From an uncultured Lachnospiraceae bacterium (GTDB taxonomy: Bacteria > Bacillota > Clostridia > Lachnospirales > Lachnospiraceae), in contig CAJUOO010000002.1 in NCBI GenBank assembly GCA_910588535.1, positions 47,176 through 111,175 of the forward strand: a stretch of DNA of 64,000 nucleotides, read 5' to 3'. Both the position numbers and the translations under genes were made by a program. The notes below the pieces were generated by a model, which had not been told where the DNA came from, did no database searches, and worked only from the letters and a program-made list of their open reading frames with translations. Below are positions 56,915 through 64,000 of the stretch, piece after piece (within the stretch, counting starts at the first letter, position 1; each line of letters opens with the position of its first letter).

Positions 56915-57671
56915 ACCAGCGATTCTATATTACTCTCTGGCTTCCCTGTTTTGGCTGCTGCTTTGGCAAGTGGCGGCCAAACAAATAGGAAAAGAATTAT
57001 TTCTGCCCGCTCCCATACAAGTATTTACTGTGCTTGTCACAGAGCTGCTTCCATCCAAAAGTTTCTGGATCTGTGTGCTCTCTTCCTTTCTCCGCATTGG
57101 CGCCGGTTTTCTGTCAGGCTTAGCTGCCGGGGTATCTTTGGCTGTGGCCTCCCACTGCTGCGAGCCTGTAAAAATACTTCTCTGGCTTCCCATCAAGGTA
57201 ATAAAAGCTGTCCCTGTGGCTTCCTTTGTTATATTGACACTGCTTTGGATGGACTCTTCCATGTTGGCTGTTTTTATTCCCTTTTTGATGGTGCTTCCTA
57301 TTTTGTACCTGCACACTCTGACAGCACTCTCACAGACCGATCAAAAACTGCTTGAGATGGCAAGACTTTTTCACATTCCTTTTCTTAACCAACTTTCTGC
57401 CATCTATCTGCCACATATATTCCCTTCTGTGCTGTCAGCCTGCTCTCTCGCTGCTGGCATGGCTTGGAAATCCGGCATCGCGGCAGAGATTATAGGACTT
57501 TCCAGAAATTCTGTGGGAAATAAGCTCTACCAAGCCAAAATCTATCTGCTGACACCAGAACTATTTGCATGGACGATTGTCATTGTACTATTAAGCATAG
57601 GATGGGAACAGCTTTTTAAACTCTTATCCAGACTGATTGGATCAGAAACATCCTCAATAAAAAGGAGCTAA
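56904..57671 (+). CDS. ABC transporter permease (NitT/TauT family)
   Basis: About six TM helices. Overlaps the binding-protein gene by 11 nt. Confidence 0.8.
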   Translation: MKNKPAILYYSLASLFWLLLWQVAAKQIGKELFLPAPIQVFTVLVTELLPSKSFWICVLSSFLRIGAGFLSGLAAGVSLAVASHCCEPVKILLWLPIKVIKAVPVASFVILTLLWMDSSMLAVFIPFLMVLPILYLHTLTALSQTDQKLLEMARLFHIPFLNQLSAIYLPHIFPSVLSACSLAAGMAWKSGIAAEIIGLSRNSVGNKLYQAKIYLLTPELFAWTIVIVLLSIGWEQLFKLLSRLIGSETSSIKRS

Positions 57672-57675
57672 TGCC

Positions 57676-58260
57676 ATGGCTGATAGAATATCCATTCAAA
57701 ATATATCTTTTTCCTATCCCAATAAAGCACCCATTTTTTCGCATTTCTCCACATCCATCCACACAGAGACAGCGACAGCACTCACCGCACCCTCTGGCTC
57801 AGGCAAAACAACACTATTGCACTTGATAGCAGGACTGATTAAGCCACAGGAGGGCCAGATACTATTTCCGCAATCACATAATAGAATTTCCATGGTATTT
57901 CAAGAAAATCGCCTGATCCCCTCCGCCAGCATTGCCAAAAACATCAGACTGGTTAATAAAAAACTGACGGATAGTGAAATCTTCAGCTTACTAGAACAGG
58001 CAAAGCTTGAACGCTATACAGCCTGTAAACCCAGTTCTCTGAGCGGTGGTGAACAAAGACGCGCCGCCATTATCCGTGCACTTGCCGCAGACTATGATAT
58101 ACTACTTCTGGATGAGCCTTTCACCGGGCTTGACGCTGGCATAAAAGAAACAATAAGCCAGTTCATTCATAACCGCACACAAAGCAAGACACTCATTCTT
58201 GTCACACACAATCCTGACGATATTGCACTCTTAAAATGTAAAATGGCAGTACAGCTCTAA
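57676..58260 (+). CDS. ABC transporter ATP-binding protein
   Basis: Contains Walker A APSGSGKTT, the signature LSGGEQRR and Walker B LLLDEP. Confidence 0.9.
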   Translation: MADRISIQNISFSYPNKAPIFSHFSTSIHTETATALTAPSGSGKTTLLHLIAGLIKPQEGQILFPQSHNRISMVFQENRLIPSASIAKNIRLVNKKLTDSEIFSLLEQAKLERYTACKPSSLSGGEQRRAAIIRALAADYDILLLDEPFTGLDAGIKETISQFIHNRTQSKTLILVTHNPDDIALLKCKMAVQL

Positions 58261-58282
58261 GCTCTGTACTGCCTGATCTTTT
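58245..58282. terminator. bidirectional hairpin terminator between convergent genes
   Basis: GGCAGTACAG-9 nt-CTGTACTGCC followed by TGATCTTTTATTT. It overlaps the ABC ATPase stop codon. Confidence 0.55.
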
Positions 58283-59441
58283 ATTTCTCTTTTCCTTCTT
58301 GGTGAATCAACCTTGTGTATATCGAATTTTCCTGATAATTACTGCCCTTGTAGGTCAATTTCTGCAAAAATCCACCTTCTGTATACCTTTGGTATACCTC
58401 TGGATCATATTCCTCAGAAAGATGTTTTTGTAATTCTGTTCCGTGTAAATTATTCATTGGAATCCTTCTAAACTTTTCTTCTACTCCCGGCAAACTTCTA
58501 CACGCAATCGCAATAAGAAAATCTATCATATAATAATGGATTGCCTTCCTGTGCGATCGAAAATAAGCAAAGAACATTTCCATCAGAAAGCGAAAAAGTT
58601 CTTCTCCTTTTCTCGCACCCAAAAACCATGTCACCCAAGAAACACCTGTACAATATATCCCTTCTCCTGTCGTGCGGGTAAACAGAGAATAATTGAAATA
58701 TTCCTCTGGCAGCTTTCCTGTCATAAACACAGTAGCATCCAGCCAGATACCTCCATATCGATACAACAAGCAGCATCTTGTAATATCTGCCAGATGTGCC
58801 ATACACAGATCTCCACACCTAGCCATCTCCATTATCTCGTCAGGCATCTCTATATAATCTCTTACATTCTCCCACGTAACCACAATATGCTTTGCCTGAG
58901 TCGGCAGATTCTCTCTCTGACTTTTCAGACACACCTGCACCAGCTCAGGGGCATTTTCCTCCCCCTGCCACCAGCAGCTCCATACATAGATATCTTCTTC
59001 TTTTCCCGGAACATTACGATTGCTTACATCATGTGGATACTTCTTTAAATATGGCTCTATTTCTTTATAAACTTTATGATAGGGTATTCTGTCAATTATC
59101 GAATAATCTAGTTGATACACCTGATCTACAACACCATAATCTTCTAACGTTCTTTTTACATCTTCTACAAAGCAATCACTTATTGTAAGTAAAATACAAT
59201 CTGCCTCACAAAGCTCTGCCCCCGCTATCTCCACTATAGGAATCTCAAAAGCAGTGCTTGGGTTTCCTTTTGCAGAGGATACCAAAATACAGGACGCATG
59301 AAATGGCAGCTTTTGTTCCTCCACCAGTTCCATAAAAGAAGCGAGGCGAAGCCCTGCTCCATATAACTTTATTTGCTCTGTTCTTCTTAACAGATTCTCC
59401 AAATCCTCCAAACTCGAAATTCTTCTCATGCCAATCCTCAT
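58281..59441 (-). CDS. capsular-polysaccharide-synthesis family glycosyltransferase (Caps_synth / DXD type)
   Basis: WSCWWQGEENAP ... AHLADITRCCLLYRYGGIWLDATVF resembles the Caps_synth family. ATGA overlap with the upstream gene. Confidence 0.7.
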   Translation of the reverse strand: MRIGMRRISSLEDLENLLRRTEQIKLYGAGLRLASFMELVEEQKLPFHASCILVSSAKGNPSTAFEIPIVEIAGAELCEADCILLTISDCFVEDVKRTLEDYGVVDQVYQLDYSIIDRIPYHKVYKEIEPYLKKYPHDVSNRNVPGKEEDIYVWSCWWQGEENAPELVQVCLKSQRENLPTQAKHIVVTWENVRDYIEMPDEIMEMARCGDLCMAHLADITRCCLLYRYGGIWLDATVFMTGKLPEEYFNYSLFTRTTGEGIYCTGVSWVTWFLGARKGEELFRFLMEMFFAYFRSHRKAIHYYMIDFLIAIACRSLPGVEEKFRRIPMNNLHGTELQKHLSEEYDPEVYQRYTEGGFLQKLTYKGSNYQENSIYTRLIHQEGKEK

Positions 59442-61795
59442 TTCTCTGCATCTCTATCTGCACCTATCCTATCTTTTAATTCTGTGGTACTGATCCCTTC
59501 TGTATAGGGAAAAAACACCAAGTCCGATCCATGGCGCTGCAAAAACTCCTTTTTTGCTATCCACTTTGGATCGTCCGCATAATCACTCCCTGAAAACTGT
59601 ACATCAAACCGATATCTGCGGTACGCCTCATCAGTATCCCCCTGATCCAGTGGTATCTCCACCGCCTCATCTACATATCTACATGCACGTACCAACTCAA
59701 TCCGCTCTTGAAATGGAATTTTTGGATTGGATTTTTTATGCTTAATCACACCCTCATCTGTGACAACTCCCACTATCAGATAATCACATTGTTCCTTTGC
59801 ACGGCGAAACAAATTGAGATGCCCAATATGAAATAAATCAAATACACCTGCCACATATCCAACGTGATAGTTTTTACTAATCTTTTCTGATGAATCCTCC
59901 TGATACATCTTCTTATTGTCCTGCCTTAAATTAGATGCTTCTTGATAAACATCATTGCGATATATCTCATTTGGATTATATACACTAAAATTAGGGACGC
60001 CCTCTCTGCGAAGCTGCTGCATTACAGGCATATAATTTCTAATACAGATAATTACCTTATACTCTGCTGGGTTCATCTCCCTTAGAATAGCTGGATTTTG
60101 TACCGATACCCCGTCAATCTCGCTGCCCCAACGACTTGCCTCATTATCCAGATAACCTGACACAGGATATACTTCCCCATATCTCTCCCGAAATATTTTG
60201 GCATATTTTCCAGAACCAAACAAGTAAAGCTTGCGTCCTTTTGTCTGATGAAAAATATCTTTAAATATTAACGAATATTCTTCTTCTGCATAATTCATCC
60301 TTTTTCGATTTTCCTGAACAACATAATATTCTCTTCTTCCCTCCTTAAAATAATCAGAGAGCCCATCGTCATTCCGCAGTATTTTTAAAAAATAACTGAT
60401 AAAAGATTGATACAAAGATTGATATGTGCTCAGTCCATATCGCATCAAAAGTTCTTCTCTGGGCAGAATATGATCAAGTTGTTCATTAAATTTATAGATA
60501 AACTCTATTGTGCGAAGCAAAATTGCCTTAGCAGGTACATTTTCAAGATAAAGCTCCTGATCGTAAAATAAAAACGATTGATTCAGATAAAAACAGTTTA
60601 AAGAGACCAGATCCAGATAACCTCGTTTTAATATCACTCCCAATTCCTCTCTCTCTCTGGAAGAGCCGGAGGCAATCCGCTTCCATTTCCCTCTATTTGG
60701 ATCATCTTTTTTTCTTTTCTCCCAGCCCGGCTCGAATTGCTCCCAATTGATTTCATCCACAGATGCATAATCAGACGAATGTAAGATCAGCTCCCAAAAC
60801 TTGTCCAATTGCTGCAAAAAAGCTGCCTTATCCTGCTCTAATAGACTGCGAAAGTAACTATTTAATGGCACCCCTACTATATAGGGCATCACAAGTGTAT
60901 CCTCTTTTATGCTGGAATTTATCATGGGTACACCATGTGCAGATAAATATTGCTGGTTAGAAAAAAGCTGCCTTACTTTACCTTTCCCGGCCGGATACAG
61001 CGCATATTTTTCTACCATATTATCTTTCCGTATTATAGTGGCCATCGCCTGCTCTGATCCTCTCTCCGCGGAAAGTGTCACTTGATTTACTGGCGAAAAA
61101 TCGCCATTAAGAGGACATTCTATAAAGAATCCATTTGCCATAGTATGGAGAAGTTGATTTTCCATCAAAGTCGGATATAGCTCTTCTTCCATCAAAAATA
61201 CTGTGTTGGGATTGTTATATTCTGGAAATATTCGAATATCCAACGCTTCATTAGGCGTATAATCCTCTGCGAGAAGTAACTGTGGATTGGATATTCTGGG
61301 AAATACAGAAAAAAAACGATGATTTTGAAATCCGACATTCTCTAAAAATCGAATCCATTCTGCTTTTGCATAAGCTCTTCCTTTTCTTTTCTCCTGCTCC
61401 CATGGCAGCAGATGCGAATAATTCTCCACACCGTCGAAATTCTTTCCAGTAAATATATCCTGATCTCCACAAAAATATCGGATTCCCAAGCGATTGTCCG
61501 TCGCCAAAAGCAACTTTCCATCAGGCTTAAGCAGAGATTTTATATCACGTAGCATCTGCTCCACATTCTGCACATATTCCAATACATCCACCACAACTGC
61601 AAAGTCATATCTGGCCGTATCTTCTTCTATTGTTGACATTCTTTTTACATGCAGACCTCTTTCTTCCAAAGCCTCTGCTATCAAATTGCTGTTTCCATAT
61701 TCTGATACAATACAAAGTATCTTACTTTCTTTGTCAATTTTATACCATCTGATAAGTGCTTTTGGCAGCTCTCTTCGCTGCTGCTCCGATACCAT
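59438..61795 (-). CDS. multidomain protein: N-terminal class I SAM methyltransferase, central unknown region, C-terminal glycerol-3-phosphate cytidylyltransferase (TagD-like)
   Basis: The N-terminus has DFAVVVDVLEYV ... LKPDGKLLL. The C-terminus has GYVAGVFDLFHIGHLNLFRRAKE (HxGH) and RYVDE. Confidence 0.8.
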   Translation of the reverse strand: MVSEQQRRELPKALIRWYKIDKESKILCIVSEYGNSNLIAEALEERGLHVKRMSTIEEDTARYDFAVVVDVLEYVQNVEQMLRDIKSLLKPDGKLLLATDNRLGIRYFCGDQDIFTGKNFDGVENYSHLLPWEQEKRKGRAYAKAEWIRFLENVGFQNHRFFSVFPRISNPQLLLAEDYTPNEALDIRIFPEYNNPNTVFLMEEELYPTLMENQLLHTMANGFFIECPLNGDFSPVNQVTLSAERGSEQAMATIIRKDNMVEKYALYPAGKGKVRQLFSNQQYLSAHGVPMINSSIKEDTLVMPYIVGVPLNSYFRSLLEQDKAAFLQQLDKFWELILHSSDYASVDEINWEQFEPGWEKRKKDDPNRGKWKRIASGSSREREELGVILKRGYLDLVSLNCFYLNQSFLFYDQELYLENVPAKAILLRTIEFIYKFNEQLDHILPREELLMRYGLSTYQSLYQSFISYFLKILRNDDGLSDYFKEGRREYYVVQENRKRMNYAEEEYSLIFKDIFHQTKGRKLYLFGSGKYAKIFRERYGEVYPVSGYLDNEASRWGSEIDGVSVQNPAILREMNPAEYKVIICIRNYMPVMQQLRREGVPNFSVYNPNEIYRNDVYQEASNLRQDNKKMYQEDSSEKISKNYHVGYVAGVFDLFHIGHLNLFRRAKEQCDYLIVGVVTDEGVIKHKKSNPKIPFQERIELVRACRYVDEAVEIPLDQGDTDEAYRRYRFDVQFSGSDYADDPKWIAKKEFLQRHGSDLVFFPYTEGISTTELKDRIGADRDAEK

Positions 61796-61940
61796 ATCTA
61801 TGTCCCTGCCTTTCCTATTTCTATTTTCTTATCTTTTTTTATTTCCTCTTCCCCAACCTGCTATTTTTCGATGTTCCTAATATGTGGTTATTCTATATGC
61901 ATTTCTAGGACCATAATATCGATTAAATTAAAACAACTAT

Positions 61941-63302
61941 TTACAGCTCTCTCATAAAAAGATTGGTACTTCCAAATGCCTGAAGAGGAAGCTGATAGGC
62001 CGACGTCTGTTCCTTTTTTATCCCACATTCGCCCAGCTGTTCTAATATCTCCGCCGGACATTTCTTGTTGGCAACCAGATAGTATGCCTGCGGATAATTT
62101 TTTACCGCCTCTTCCGGCGGCAGGATTATATGCCCATAAAAGCTTTTTCCCCATTTTTCTCTGTTATTATCACAGACAGCCACGATATTTTCTAGTCGGT
62201 TCATCCGCATAAGGCATAGAGCAAATTTTGCTGCTTTTCCACTGCCAAATATAACAATCTGCTCTTTATCAGCCATCTTTTTAACAAAATCCCCATATAA
62301 GTCATGGTCTGCTTTTGCTTTTATTTCTATATAATCCTCATAAGACGCCGGCTTTTCTGTAAATAACCGCATCTCAATCCAATGCTGAGGCAGCATCTCC
62401 TCTTGTTTTAACAGCCCGTCTTCTCTGTCTTTTATAATTATCTGACGAAATTCGTCCAGCACAGCAAGAATTGCTTTGTCTGGCTGGCTGTGTTCTCTGT
62501 ATGTTGTATATGGGGACAATGCCATCATCACCGTTTCTCTCGCGAAAAAAGCTCGTCTCGCTCTATCTGTCAATCCGTCCTCTTCCATCCTTTTTCTAAT
62601 ATATTTATATTCCGCAAGATTAAATTCTGCAAATCTTGAATTATAGGTGGAGGAGGCCGCGTTGTCTCTTCGATAATGATAGAATAGCTGACTTAAAAAC
62701 ATCCCTCTTCTCAGATTCATATCGGTTAAATAACGAAAACCACAATCCTGAAAAGCTGCTCCCTTCGTTTCATTGAGCCGAATATGAAATTCACGAAGAA
62801 ACGATAGCTTATATATACCATTCCATATGTAAATATCAGGAGACAGCCTGTTTTCTGTAAAATATTGATAGGATAGTATCTTATCACAATCAGTGAAAGG
62901 ATATTCCAAAAGATATTGTTCTTTTTCATAGGGTGTCACTAATGTACAAAAGCCTGCCTTGACATAATCCAACTCTTTCTCTACAGCAGCTTGATATAGA
63001 GTTTCATACATATCTGGCTCTATACTGTCATCTGTCTCTACAATTCCCAGATATTCTCCCTTCGCGATGTCCATACCCAAATTAACTTGATAGCCATAAC
63101 TTTTTTTGTCAGAACAAATAAGATGAATCCGCTGATCTTTGGCGGCATACTCTTTTATTATTTCGCAGGTGCCGTCTGTGGAACCGGCATCGATACATAA
63201 AATTTCTATATCAGATAATGTTTGATTCATTACACTTTCTATACATTCTCCTATATATGCTACCACATTTAAGGATGGCAGGATAACAGATATTTTCGGC
63301 AT
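61941..63302 (-). CDS. family 2 glycosyltransferase with C-terminal extension
   Basis: Contains ISVILPSLNVVAYIGECIESVMNQT ... DAGSTDGT and a DxD-type motif (ETDD). Confidence 0.85.
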   Translation of the reverse strand: MPKISVILPSLNVVAYIGECIESVMNQTLSDIEILCIDAGSTDGTCEIIKEYAAKDQRIHLICSDKKSYGYQVNLGMDIAKGEYLGIVETDDSIEPDMYETLYQAAVEKELDYVKAGFCTLVTPYEKEQYLLEYPFTDCDKILSYQYFTENRLSPDIYIWNGIYKLSFLREFHIRLNETKGAAFQDCGFRYLTDMNLRRGMFLSQLFYHYRRDNAASSTYNSRFAEFNLAEYKYIRKRMEEDGLTDRARRAFFARETVMMALSPYTTYREHSQPDKAILAVLDEFRQIIIKDREDGLLKQEEMLPQHWIEMRLFTEKPASYEDYIEIKAKADHDLYGDFVKKMADKEQIVIFGSGKAAKFALCLMRMNRLENIVAVCDNNREKWGKSFYGHIILPPEEAVKNYPQAYYLVANKKCPAEILEQLGECGIKKEQTSAYQLPLQAFGSTNLFMREL

Positions 63303-63381
63303 ATTGCACCTCCATTTTCATTATTAATAACTATAACTTCTTGTAAGATAAGTTTTTTGACATCATTTTCGAAAGAGGTTC

Positions 63382-63522
63382 GTATAGCCAGTCCGCTGTT
63401 TTCCTCCGTCACCCCGCTCCCGCTTAGTGAAAAACGTAACGGATACTAAGCTCGTAAAACACCTCGCTAAGTACCAACGTTTTTCAATAGGTTCCTTGAG
63501 GAAAACAGCGGGCTGGCTATAC
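63382..63522 (+). repeat. structured palindromic repeat module 2A
   Basis: Near-identical to module 1A. The outer stem carries one compensated A-T to G-C change and one T-G pair. Confidence 0.7.
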
Positions 63523-63691
63523 TGCTTTGCTGAATATTTCACATACGCTGTGATTCTTCATATACTTGCAGCTTTGTGTCTATTTTTTGTATTCATAGAT
63601 CATCAAATTTTTTTAAGGAAGACAATAAAAATTATCTATCAATCCTATACAAGCAGAGATACAGCGTGTTTTGCCTTATCGATAAAAACAG

Positions 63692-63829
63692 CCCGGCGAA
63701 CTGCCTATGGTCCTCAAGGAACCTATTGAAAAACGCTGGCGCTTAGCAAGGTATTATCGAGCTTAGCGTCCACTGCGTTTTTCACTAAGCGAGAGCAGGG
63801 TGACGGAGGACCATAGGCAGTTCGCCGGG
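63692..63829 (-). repeat. structured palindromic repeat module 2B (inverted relative to 2A)
   Basis: The core is nearly the same as in 1B (2 substitutions, CCCCGCTCCC to CCCTGCTCTC). The 22-bp perfect outer stem (CCCGGCGAACTGCCTATGGTCC / complement) differs from 1B at 5 positions, all compensated. Confidence 0.7.
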
Positions 63830-64000
63830 TGGATCTCTCCAGAAAATGATACAGCAAATTTTTAACAGCAAATAAAGTATAACACTTACAAAAAAGTATA
63901 CAAAATGGCATAGAACAACGCTTATCCAAAGCAATTCTTATATGTTTTCACATGCAAAAATCTTTCTCTAACTAAAATCTGTTTCATTTCCTTATATGCT

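Overview
The window is a Firmicutes/Clostridia-type chromosome segment. On the minus strand it keeps the Bacillus-like order spoVT, HU, yabO, yabP, yabQ, divIC, spoIIE, tilS, hpt, ftsH. It also carries an [FeFe]-hydrogenase-like gene, a rubredoxin with a flavodiiron protein, and two tRNA-Gly genes. Positions 1 to about 9.9 kb look like the end of an integrated mobile, conjugative-type element that abuts the 3' end of rlmD. Next to ICE-type genes (small Cys-rich protein, DUF5688-like protein) lies an accessory island with four parts. (i) An AT-rich three-gene cassette of unknown function. (ii) A tightly coupled five-gene operon: small protein, AAA+ ATPase, coiled-coil/TPR-like protein, M48-fold protein that has lost HExxH, and a TPR protein. 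It is divergent from an XRE regulator. (iii) A small serine recombinase with a hix-like palindrome upstream. (iv) A stand-alone TIR-domain protein with the catalytic Glu context intact. I consider the five-gene AAA+/TPR/pseudo-peptidase operon, together with the neighbouring TIR gene, the best candidate for an undescribed conflict or defence system. The second notable signal is non-coding. Four copies of a ~140-nt rod-like hairpin module have an invariant core, and their stems differ between copies with compensatory changes. They are arranged as two inverted pairs (14.35-14.98 kb and 63.38-63.83 kb), each directly 5' of a minus-strand envelope-glycan biosynthesis operon. The rest is ordinary core genome: MutS2, a two-component system, an aminotransferase, a VanW/G5 protein, a radical SAM protein, galK, GH13, an NSS transporter, an ABC transporter and glycosyltransferases. 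It has a few oddities: an HtrA-like protein with all three catalytic residues substituted, a second MutS2 paralog without Smr behind a promoter-to-terminator leader unit, and a hydrogenase-like/MCP fusion. All family assignments come from motif recognition by eye. No searches were run.
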